The notes under the pieces: generated by a model
Seen by the model: only the letters and a program-made list of their open reading frames with translations
Databases searched by the model: none
Told to the model about the DNA's origin: nothing
NCBI GenBank assembly: GCA_039801565.1
Contig: JBDRUX010000074.1
Span: 1-12,169, forward strand
Source: a candidate division WOR-3 bacterium
Lineage (GTDB): Bacteria > Hydrothermota > Tepidihabitantia > Tepidihabitantales > JAOUPE01
Length of the DNA: 12,169 bases
Direction of reading: 5' to 3'
Made by a program: the position numbers and the translations under genes
In this document: positions 1-7,387 of the stretch, piece after piece
How positions within the stretch are numbered: the stretch's first letter is position 1
Layout of the letters: every line of letters begins with the position of its first letter

Positions 1-168
1 GGTAGGCAGGTTAGGGAGCGACTTCGGAGGCAACCTCGGAAGCGACTCGGTAGGCAACTTAGGGAGCAACCTGGGGAGCAACCCGGTAGGCAACCCCGTA
101 GGCAACCTGGGGAGCAAGCTCAGGGGCTACCCCATAGGCTACCCGGGGAGCTGGTTCGTAAGCTGGCT
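1..168. repeat. Degenerate 12-bp tandem repeat, at least 14 units, truncated by the window start
   Basis: Cut into 12-mers from base 1: ggtaggcaggtt, agggagcgactt, cggaggcaacct, cggaagcgactc, ggtaggcaactt, agggagcaacct, ggggagcaaccc, ggtaggcaaccc, cgtaggcaacct, ggggagcaagct, caggggctaccc, cataggctaccc, ggggagctggtt, cgtaagctggct. GC at unit positions 6-7 is invariant, positions 4-5 are always purines, AC at 9-10 occurs in 10 of 14 units, and there are no indels. Confidence 0.95.
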
Positions 169-214
169 GAGGATTAAAATTGTGGGGTCTGTTGTGGCTT
201 ATACAATTATTTGT

Positions 215-505
215 TTATCTATGGGCAACCATTAAGTCGGCAATGTGTTGCAAGGTCTCTTGGGTTCGCCGGTTCATCTCTTCAATCATTGCCTGGGTTC
301 GCCGATTCCCTTCTTCAATCAATTGGCTGGTTCGCTCATTAAATTCCTGCATCCTTTTATCCATTCTTTCGATTAATGCCTTTGCCCTCTCATCTTCACT
401 TTGAATCAATCTATCAGTTTTTTTAGTAAGGAGAATTGACCAGACTGCTAAAATAACACTAAAAGCCGCAATAATTCCTGATAATACTCCTAAGAAGATT
501 TCCAT
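215..505 (-). CDS. Small hypothetical protein (96 aa): N-terminal transmembrane helix plus coiled coil with 11-aa repeats
   Basis: Hydrophobic residues ~3-26, then LIEEGNRRTQA/MIEEMNRRTQE repeats. A near-consensus promoter lies directly upstream of the ATG. Confidence 0.8.
   Translation of the reverse strand: MEIFLGVLSGIIAAFSVILAVWSILLTKKTDRLIQSEDERAKALIERMDKRMQEFNERTSQLIEEGNRRTQAMIEEMNRRTQETLQHIADLMVAHR
261..340. repeat. Intragenic 33-bp tandem repeat (2 copies plus a partial third)
   Basis: 261-293 tgggttcgccggttcatctcttcaatcattgcc; 294-326 tgggttcgccgattcccttcttcaatcaattgg; partial ctggttcgctcatt from 327. Confidence 0.85.
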
Positions 506-511
506 AAATTT

Positions 512-540
512 ATTATAAAGACTAAAATAGGAAAGGTCAA
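512..540 (-). promoter_or_regulatory. sigma70-type promoter, probably leaderless transcript of the 215-505 gene
   Basis: Minus strand: TTGACC (540-535), 17 nt, TATAAT (517-512), 6 nt, ATG (505). No Shine-Dalgarno. Confidence 0.8.
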
Positions 541-740
541 GAGTCTGCTTTTCTTATCTCATTGCAAAAATTTGGTATTTTTGTGTCAGAAATTTATGCT
601 TTTAAGTGTATAAAATTGATACAAATTTTGTCTATCTATTTGATTTTTTAATATCTTATATTAAATTTTGTTTTTAGAATGGGGAGGACTTACCGAATAA
701 ATTAAGAGTTGCTACAGTTAGAAGCATTTATGAATTCTAA

Positions 741-1517
741 TCAGTCAGAAAAACTGATTAAATCTTTTATTTTTTGGCGAATTAGGTCTTCATTATATTG
801 CTTGGCAAAATCGTAGGCGTTTTGCCGGGAACCTAAATAAAAACGACTGAAAAGGATTGAAAAGATTAATGTGGCATCAATATAATTTCTCTTATTTACG
901 GAATAGACGATTCCCGCAATAGAAAGACCGTTAACCAATAACGCACCCAGTCCGGTCCAATAGTGTCCGCAATAAATCTCACCAGCTCCCGGTAAAATAC
1001 TGGAAAGAATTACGGCGGTGGTTGGGTTCTTACGTGGTAGGCGCTTTAAGTTTTGGATTCGTTTCAGGGATAATGACTCGCCAGCTAATCGGAAATACTG
1101 TTCAGCTTCCTGCCAATCATTTCGTTTTATAGCAATTTGACCTAAAGTTCGCTGTAATTCTCGAGTTTCACTTGAATCTTGGCTGAAAAGGAGTAAATCT
1201 TGAATCTCGGTTTTGGCTCGATTTAATTCATTGTGCTGGATATAGTATTGGGCTAAAGATAACTGGGCATCTCTAAAATAAGATTTTCTCAAAGTCCGAA
1301 AAATCTTTTCGGCTTTATCTGACTCTTTAGTCTTTAAAAAGGAAATTCCCAGCCGAAGTCGAACATAATCCGAATTCGAATCCGAAGGAAAATGGTAAAG
1401 GAAACGCTCATATTCAGTAGCCGCGGTAAAATAGAAACCAGCCGAATAAAGTGAATCGGCAAGATTGAGTAACGAAGACTGGACAAAAATTAAAGCTGAA
1501 AAGAAAAATAAAATCAT
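741..1517 (-). CDS. TPR-containing exported/membrane protein with C-terminal TM2-like (PGxGxxY) membrane domain
   Basis: Hydrophobic signal-like N-terminus; TPR-like helices (ADSLYSAGFYFTAATEYERFLYHFP, LGQIAIKRNDWQEAEQYF); SSILPGAGEIYCG followed by hydrophobic helices. ATGA overlap with the upstream gene. Confidence 0.8.
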   Translation of the reverse strand: MILFFFSALIFVQSSLLNLADSLYSAGFYFTAATEYERFLYHFPSDSNSDYVRLRLGISFLKTKESDKAEKIFRTLRKSYFRDAQLSLAQYYIQHNELNRAKTEIQDLLLFSQDSSETRELQRTLGQIAIKRNDWQEAEQYFRLAGESLSLKRIQNLKRLPRKNPTTAVILSSILPGAGEIYCGHYWTGLGALLVNGLSIAGIVYSVNKRNYIDATLIFSILFSRFYLGSRQNAYDFAKQYNEDLIRQKIKDLISFSD

Positions 1518-2698
1518 TCGGCTAAAAGGAAACGGTAATCAGGTTTTAAATCAATCGAATTGAGAATACGCTCAATTCGGGTCAAATAGCGTCGGATCTG
1601 ATATTCATTATAATCGCGAGCCGCAATATTTGCCCCATAAATATTCCCTGCCCAGAATAGTCCAGTTAAGAATGCAAATAGCGAAAGTTTAATTCTGGAG
1701 CGGTCTTTTTCCGGATTTTGCCAATAATAGTAACTGAGCGTCGCGGTTGTCGCAATGGTGAGGAGCGAATATAAACCATCACCAATCCGACCAGAATAGA
1801 TTTGACCAAGCCCCGGCACAATTGCCGAAAAGGCAGTGCTAAGCCAACGACTGCGTCGGGATAAATTTTTGCCATCAAATTCCGTTAGCCGATTTAATAA
1901 AGAGTCGGTAGAGAAAGAATAAAAAGTCATTGCTCCGGCGGCGAAGTTTCTTTCTTTAAAATAAGACCAACCGATTAAAATTTGGGTCTGGCGTCTGAGA
2001 TTAGGGTCATTAATCGTCGCAAGGATTTGCCGCGCCCTCTCGTATTCGCTTAAACCGAAGTAACTACGGGCTAAATTGTAGCGCTTTAAATCTAATAAAT
2101 TAGAATCATCAAGATTAGAAAATAGCAATAGACCTTTATCAAATTCGCCATTACCGAGATAACATTCACCTAACATCAAATGGGCATATTGTTTTTCTTT
2201 TTTGTCGGTGGCAAGAAAATAGAGCTTTTCATATTCAGTTGTCGCCCGAACCAAATCATTGGAATTGAATAGGTAATCAGCAAAATTCTGAACCGAACTT
2301 GGTTCAAGCCAAATTTGTTCTTTGGTTTCAGTGGATGGGGTGTCAAGAAACTTTTCTGGGCTAAATAGATAATGATTTTCTGGTGGGTCAAAGATGCGGT
2401 CGTCTTTTAAACCAAAATAATAAGTGTCAAGATATTGCCAAGCACTGGGATTACACCGCTGTAGGCGGTCAGCAGTCATTAATAAACCAGGGAAGAAACC
2501 ATAGCGTTCAATCGCCTGACGGGAAAATTGGGAACAGGTTGGCGAAAAATTGCAAATCCGCTGACCTTGGAGCGGTGATATCAGCCTTTTATAAAGAGTT
2601 AATAACCAGTTGGCAGTAATTTCAAGGGCACCGTAATGATTATTAGCAATTAAGATTTGACCGGTAAGAACAATTAAGCCGATTTTGCGTTTTAGCAT
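1514..2698 (-). CDS. yidD: YidD (membrane protein insertion efficiency factor)-like domain fused to TPR repeats and a TM2-like membrane domain
   Basis: YidD signature LYKRLISP...CNFSPTCSQF...RLQRCNP in residues ~30-85, then TPR helices and SAIVPGLGQIYSG plus TM helices. TAATG overlap with the larA stop. Confidence 0.8.
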   Translation of the reverse strand: MLKRKIGLIVLTGQILIANNHYGALEITANWLLTLYKRLISPLQGQRICNFSPTCSQFSRQAIERYGFFPGLLMTADRLQRCNPSAWQYLDTYYFGLKDDRIFDPPENHYLFSPEKFLDTPSTETKEQIWLEPSSVQNFADYLFNSNDLVRATTEYEKLYFLATDKKEKQYAHLMLGECYLGNGEFDKGLLLFSNLDDSNLLDLKRYNLARSYFGLSEYERARQILATINDPNLRRQTQILIGWSYFKERNFAAGAMTFYSFSTDSLLNRLTEFDGKNLSRRSRWLSTAFSAIVPGLGQIYSGRIGDGLYSLLTIATTATLSYYYWQNPEKDRSRIKLSLFAFLTGLFWAGNIYGANIAARDYNEYQIRRYLTRIERILNSIDLKPDYRFLLAE

Positions 2699-3924
2699 TA
2701 ATTGGTTAAAGGAACCGTCAGACTGCCATCAAGGAGAACCAAAACTTTCGCATTGTTACCTTTCTTGGCTAACGCTTTTTGTAAGGCATAATTAATATCG
2801 TGAAAGGGTGTCATAAAGACACTTTGAACGATTTTATCATCAATATCCATAACGGTCCAGATTTCTGAACTGTTTAATAAGTGAGCCAGCCTTACAACCT
2901 TTTGATAGCCGATTTTAAACTCGCTTTCTACTTTTTTTAATGCTTGCTGGGGACTGGAGCAAGCAGCGAGAAGTTTGACAAAATTGTCCTCACCAACGCC
3001 TTGATGGCACTTTGATACCGCAATAATTATACCATTATCGCGCAAAGCTAACTTGGCATTCTCCATCGCCTTTTGGGCTTGATAAAAATTGATATCGTAG
3101 GGTGCTTGAACCACGGTAATCACAATATCACCTTTTTCTTTAACCGGCACACAGAAAACTTTTTTGGCGTCAGCAATTGAGTCATCAAACGATTTGAAGA
3201 TATCGCCAAATTTGAGAGAAAAAATCTTATGGTCGGCATTGAGCGTCACCTGAATGGAAAAAATTGCTTTTGGTATCATCTTCACAATCTCGGTCATATC
3301 CTCATGAATCGGATTACCCACAAGATTTAAGGTCATCGCCTCAGGACTTAAAACATATTTATGGTTTTGGGTTATCGTTTCTAAACCAGCGATTCCCGGA
3401 ACAAACGATTTTCTACCACCAGTGAAACCAGCAAAGTAGTGGGGTTCGACCGAATTGATGGTGACAACTTTATCCGCCCAAAGGATTGCCCGATTTAACC
3501 AAACCGGTGTCCCCAACCGAGTTTTGCCTAAGAAGAACAAAGACGGTTGGTCAGAAGCATTATGAATAATAATCCGGTTTCGATAAATTTCACAAAACTG
3601 ACCAAAGATTTTTTGTAACTCTTTATCATTCGGCGACCGGTGGGAACCACAAGCAACAATAAACCTTACTTCATATTCTTTCAATAAATCATCGATAATT
3701 TTTAAAATTTCCGGTGTCGGGGTGGGTCGAGTGTAATCGTTGACAATCACCAAGACCCTTGACGCTCTATTTAAAAAGTCTTTTAGTGCGTCGCGAAGGT
3801 TCACTTTTTGAATATCAATGTCATTACTGGTTGGCGCAGCGATTGGTTTGACTATGCCGATAAGGTTCTGGTCAGGCAAATTAAGCAAAAGCCAGTCTTC
3901 ACCGTAAGGAATTTTGATCTCCAC
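2698..3924 (-). CDS. larA: Nickel-pincer-nucleotide-dependent lactate racemase (LarA) family alpha-hydroxy-acid racemase/epimerase; start re-called to GTG 3924 (408 aa)
   Basis: LarA motifs IPYG, NDYTRPTP, ACGSHR, EPHYFAGFTGGRKS, QNH, NPIHEDM, DINFYQAQKA. The longer ORF call (4068) would overlap the pantoate kinase gene and both promoters; GTG 3924 gives the typical (M)EIKIPYG start. Confidence 0.9.
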   Translation of the reverse strand: MEIKIPYGEDWLLLNLPDQNLIGIVKPIAAPTSNDIDIQKVNLRDALKDFLNRASRVLVIVNDYTRPTPTPEILKIIDDLLKEYEVRFIVACGSHRSPNDKELQKIFGQFCEIYRNRIIIHNASDQPSLFFLGKTRLGTPVWLNRAILWADKVVTINSVEPHYFAGFTGGRKSFVPGIAGLETITQNHKYVLSPEAMTLNLVGNPIHEDMTEIVKMIPKAIFSIQVTLNADHKIFSLKFGDIFKSFDDSIADAKKVFCVPVKEKGDIVITVVQAPYDINFYQAQKAMENAKLALRDNGIIIAVSKCHQGVGEDNFVKLLAACSSPQQALKKVESEFKIGYQKVVRLAHLLNSSEIWTVMDIDDKIVQSVFMTPFHDINYALQKALAKKGNNAKVLVLLDGSLTVPLTN

Positions 3925-3929
3925 ACTTA

Positions 3930-3957
3930 AGCATAATCTTAATTGGGTAAAAGTCAA
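3930..3957 (-). promoter_or_regulatory. Putative sigma70 promoter of the larA operon (leaderless)
   Basis: Minus strand: TTGACT (3957-3952), 16 nt, TATGCT (3935-3930), 5 nt, GTG (3924). Confidence 0.6.
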
Positions 3958-3975
3958 GCCGAGGGAAAACTTGCC

Positions 3976-4004
3976 TTGACAAATGCCAAATTTTTGGTTA
4001 ATGT
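3976..4004 (+). promoter_or_regulatory. Putative sigma70 promoter of the CoA operon
   Basis: TTGACA (3976-3981), 17 nt, TAATGT (3999-4004), 36 nt before ATG 4041; back-to-back with the larA promoter. Confidence 0.6.
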
Positions 4005-4040
4005 AGGTTGGCTTGACCGAAAATCGTTCAATTATCAAAT

Positions 4041-4973
4041 ATGGTAAAAAATCGAATATTGCAGGCATTAGCCTTTGCCCCTGGTCATATTACCGGTTTT
4101 TTTGAAATTTGCGATGAGGCAGAAAATCTCCTCGAGAAGGGTTCGCGGGGAGCTGGAGTCTGTATCACCAAAGGTGTGAAGACATTAGTGCGGATAAAAT
4201 CAGCGACGCACAATTTGGTCAAAATCCAAATCAATAGCCAGGAAAACAAAAAAGCAACTGTCTCGCGAGCTGTAGCAAATAGTTTCCTTGCCAACCGAAA
4301 TGGAATAAATCTCCTTATTGACCATAGGATTGAAATTCCGATTGGTTGCGGTTTAGGGACAAGCGGTGCCGGGGCTTTAAGTTTAGCTTTGGCTTTAACT
4401 CATTTGTTTAACTCGGATTCAGCGTTTTCGGCTGGTCAAGTTGCGCACATTGCGGAGTTAAAATGTCGGACCGGCTTAGGTACTGTTCTGGCACAATATT
4501 CTGGTGGCTTTGAATTAAGAAAAAGACCAGGGGCACCGGGAATCGGCGTGGTGGAAAGATTAAATATTAGCGAAGATTATCAAGTAGTATGCTTAATATT
4601 AAAAAAGATCTCGACATCGAAAATGCTTTCGGACAGGTTACTAAAAAAGCGAATTAATGAGAGTGGAGTAGGAGCATTGCAGAGTTTTCAAAAGCAACCA
4701 ACCGTAGATGGATTTATGAAGGTTTCCCGCGAATTTGCTGAGTCAGTGGGGCTAATTTCGCCGCGCATCCGAAAAATCCTTAAGATTACGGATGCGAATG
4801 GTTTTCTTTGTAGTCAAGCGATGTTCGGTGAGACAATCTTTTCTATGGTCAAGCGGTCGGCGGCACAAGGATTGATAGAAATTTTTCGCTCAGTTGCCCC
4901 AAAACCTTATTGGCTAATCAATGCCGGCATTGACCAAGAAGGTGTCCGGCTTTTAGAATTGAAGAAACCGTGA
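4041..4973 (+). CDS. pok: Pantoate kinase (archaeal-type, GHMP kinase superfamily)
   Basis: AFAPGHITGFF, GSRGAG, GHMP ATP loop PIGCGLGTSGAGAL, AHIAE...TGLG, RPGAPG, SQAMFGETIF. GTGA-coupled to phosphopantothenate synthetase. Confidence 0.92.
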   Translation: MVKNRILQALAFAPGHITGFFEICDEAENLLEKGSRGAGVCITKGVKTLVRIKSATHNLVKIQINSQENKKATVSRAVANSFLANRNGINLLIDHRIEIPIGCGLGTSGAGALSLALALTHLFNSDSAFSAGQVAHIAELKCRTGLGTVLAQYSGGFELRKRPGAPGIGVVERLNISEDYQVVCLILKKISTSKMLSDRLLKKRINESGVGALQSFQKQPTVDGFMKVSREFAESVGLISPRIRKILKITDANGFLCSQAMFGETIFSMVKRSAAQGLIEIFRSVAPKPYWLINAGIDQEGVRLLELKKP

Positions 4974-5740
4974 AAACAAAAATCTACGACCAGCACCCGC
5001 GTGCCGATTCGTTAAGAATTAGAGAATTATTGATTGAAGGTAATAAGGCTAAAGTTGTCGCAACCGCTGGTTTAATTGCCTTTGGTCGAGGCGAGGCTTT
5101 CGACTACCTTTTGGGCGAAAGGACAATAGAATCCGCAAAACGCGCTATCAAAACCGCCGCGGCTCTAATCTTAACCGCCCAACAGCCAGTTATCTCGGTC
5201 AATGGAAATGTTGCGGCCTTGGTTCCACAAGCAATTGCCGAATTAACCAAAATTACTAAAACCAAAGTCGAAGTAAACATCTTTTATCGCTCCGCCCAAC
5301 GCGAAAAAATTATTAAAGAATTTTTGCTAAAAGCCGGAATTAAGGAAGTATTAGGCACCGAGAAAGATTATCAAGTTAAAATTGATGAAATAATGAGTGA
5401 ACGGAGAATCGTTGATGCCCGGGGAATTTTAATAGCCGACGTCGTCTTAGTGCCATTGGAGGATGGCGACCGGACCGAAGCACTCATAAAAATGGGTAAG
5501 AAGGTAATTGCGATTGATTTAAATCCTCTCTCTCGAACTGCCCAAAAAGCAACCGTGACCATCGTTGATAATATCATTCGAGCAATGCCCTTACTTTTAC
5601 AACAGATTCGGCAATTGGCTAATTACAAGCAAGCCCAAATTCAAAAAATTATCAATAACTATGATAATCGTCGAATATTAAGGTCAGCGATTGCTCATAT
5701 CAATCAAAGATTATCTCAATTGGCGAAAGATGGCTTTTGA
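4970..5740 (+). CDS. pps: 4-phosphopantoate--beta-alanine ligase (phosphopantothenate synthetase, archaeal-type)
   Basis: HPRxxSLxxR, GRGEAFDYLLGE, PVISVNGN, EVNIFYR, ADVVLVPLEDGDR, IDLNPLSRT, TIVDNIIRA. Confidence 0.95.
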   Translation: MKTKIYDQHPRADSLRIRELLIEGNKAKVVATAGLIAFGRGEAFDYLLGERTIESAKRAIKTAAALILTAQQPVISVNGNVAALVPQAIAELTKITKTKVEVNIFYRSAQREKIIKEFLLKAGIKEVLGTEKDYQVKIDEIMSERRIVDARGILIADVVLVPLEDGDRTEALIKMGKKVIAIDLNPLSRTAQKATVTIVDNIIRAMPLLLQQIRQLANYKQAQIQKIINNYDNRRILRSAIAHINQRLSQLAKDGF

Positions 5741-6626
5741 TAATATCGTTGTGCTCGGGGCTGGGGTTATTGGGAGTTGTTATGGTGCTTTGCTTTCGAA
5801 AAGAAATAGAGTCATAATGGTTGATAATGATAAGGAAAATGTTGAACGAATCAATAAACAAGGGATAGAAATTATTACCAATCGGAAAAGAAATTTTGCC
5901 CTGAAGGCGCAAACTAATCTAAAAAAGATTCTGCCCAATACTTTAATTCTTTTAACTACCAAAGCTCACCAAATTGAATCGGCGCTTTCAAAAATTAGAG
6001 CAAGACTTCGGAACGATACAGTAATTTTGGTTTTACAGAATGGCTTGGGTAATGAAGATTTAGTTAAGAAAATTGTGGGCAATAGGGGAGAGGTGATAAG
6101 AGGGATTGTTAATAGCGGGGCTTGGGCAGTGCGACCAGGTTGTTACAATTTAATTTTACGCGAGATCGTGCTTGAACCATCTCCCAAGAGTGACCAGATT
6201 GCTCAAATCTTTAATCGGGCTGGGCTACCAACCAGAATTGCTCAAGATTTTCCAGCTGAGTTGTGGCGAAAAGTTGTCTTAAATTGTGTGGTCAATCCCT
6301 TAACCGCAATTTTACAGATAAGAAACAATCAAATCGGTTCTCCGATTTTAAGAAATCTTCGCCACCAAATTGTTGAAGAATGCTTAAAGGTAAGCAAAGC
6401 CGAAGGAGTATTTCTTCCCACTAACTTAGCCGAAACCTTGGACGAAGCAATTCTCGGTTATACCAATTTCTCTTCAATGTACCAAGATGTGAAAAATCGA
6501 AAGAAGACCGAGATAGACTTCTTAAATGGTAAGATTGTTGAATTGGCAAAGAGGCATAATATTCCGGTGCCAATAAATGAGACATTGACCGCCATCATAA
6601 AATTTTTTGAGACAAGCGCTAAATGA
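5730..6626 (+). CDS. panE: 2-dehydropantoate 2-reductase (ketopantoate reductase); start re-called to ATG 5730
   Basis: VLGAGVIGS Rossmann motif, TTKA, LQNGLG, WRKVVLNCVVNPL (catalytic Lys), SSMYQD, TEIDFLNG (catalytic Glu). Confidence 0.93.
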   Translation: MAFDNIVVLGAGVIGSCYGALLSKRNRVIMVDNDKENVERINKQGIEIITNRKRNFALKAQTNLKKILPNTLILLTTKAHQIESALSKIRARLRNDTVILVLQNGLGNEDLVKKIVGNRGEVIRGIVNSGAWAVRPGCYNLILREIVLEPSPKSDQIAQIFNRAGLPTRIAQDFPAELWRKVVLNCVVNPLTAILQIRNNQIGSPILRNLRHQIVEECLKVSKAEGVFLPTNLAETLDEAILGYTNFSSMYQDVKNRKKTEIDFLNGKIVELAKRHNIPVPINETLTAIIKFFETSAK

Positions 6627-7387
6627 AATTGGACGAATTAAAAGCCAAAAAAGGTAAAGATAAGATTGTGATGCTTACTGCTTATGATTACCAAATGGCG
6701 AAAATCTTAGACCAGACCGGAATTGATTTAATCTTGGTTGGCGATAGCTTGGGGATGGTAGTTTTGGGTTATCCCGATACCAAAAAGGTTACTTTACGGG
6801 CGATGCTGTATCATACTGAAGCAGTAGTTAGAGGGGTGAGTAAAATCCCAGTTATTGGTGATATGCCAATTAATACCTGTAAAAGTCCGGCGGTTGCATT
6901 GCGTAATGCTAAGGCTTTTATCAAAGCCGGGGCAGCTGGTGTTAAGGTCGAAGGGTATCGGCCAGCAGTAATCCGAAGACTCATTGCTAATTCGATTCCA
7001 GTTATGGGACATCTTGGTCTTTTGCCCCAAACCGCACCCAAATACCGGTTAGTCGGCAAGACCCGAAAAGAAGCCGAGAGAATTCTTAAAGAAGCAAAAG
7101 AATTGGCTAAACTTGGTGTCTTCTCAATTGTCTTAGAATGTATCCCGGCGGCATTGGCAAAAAGGATTACCGAATCCGTATCAGTACCCACGATTGGTAT
7201 CGGGGCTGGAAAATACTGTGATGGTCAGGTCTTAGTTATTAATGACTTGCTTGGGCTGGATGAGGATTTCAAGCCGAAATTTGTTAAAAGATTTGCTAAC
7301 CTTGCCTCGGTCATAAAACAAGCAGTGATTGATTTTAAAGAAGCAGTAAAAGCGGGAGTATTTCCCAATGCCGAACATTCCTACTAA
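6623..7387 (+). CDS. panB: 3-methyl-2-oxobutanoate hydroxymethyltransferase
   Basis: MLTAYD, ILVGDSLG, GDMP, VKVEG, MGHLGLLPQ, VLEC, PTIGIGAG, DGQVLV, PKFVK. ATGA overlap with panE. Confidence 0.97.
   Translation: MKLDELKAKKGKDKIVMLTAYDYQMAKILDQTGIDLILVGDSLGMVVLGYPDTKKVTLRAMLYHTEAVVRGVSKIPVIGDMPINTCKSPAVALRNAKAFIKAGAAGVKVEGYRPAVIRRLIANSIPVMGHLGLLPQTAPKYRLVGKTRKEAERILKEAKELAKLGVFSIVLECIPAALAKRITESVSVPTIGIGAGKYCDGQVLVINDLLGLDEDFKPKFVKRFANLASVIKQAVIDFKEAVKAGVFPNAEHSY

Noticed and set aside
1..168. CRISPR array
   Set aside because: Contiguous degenerate 12-mers with no unique spacers and no cas genes in view.
180..404. 74-aa plus-strand ORF
   Set aside because: Antisense shadow of the 215-505 gene, which has the promoter and a coherent TM + coiled-coil protein.
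541..740. AT-rich spacer with dyads (TGTAT-N7-ATACA 607-623; TTTAATAT/ATATTAAA 647-665) as operator, origin or terminator
   Set aside because: Short A/T-rich dyads are expected by chance here; I saw no DnaA-box cluster, sigma54 motif or GC stem with U-tract.
4013..4018. Second TTGACC as a -35 for pok
   Set aside because: No acceptable -10 at 16-18 nt spacing.
3925..4068. 48-aa N-terminal extension of LarA in the ORF track
   Set aside because: Overlaps pok and both promoters; LarA similarity starts at VEIKIPYG.
5081..5083. PPS GLIAF versus the common GLIAH as an inactivating change
   Set aside because: As I recall this position varies among archaeal PPS, and all other motifs are intact; it cannot be judged without an alignment.
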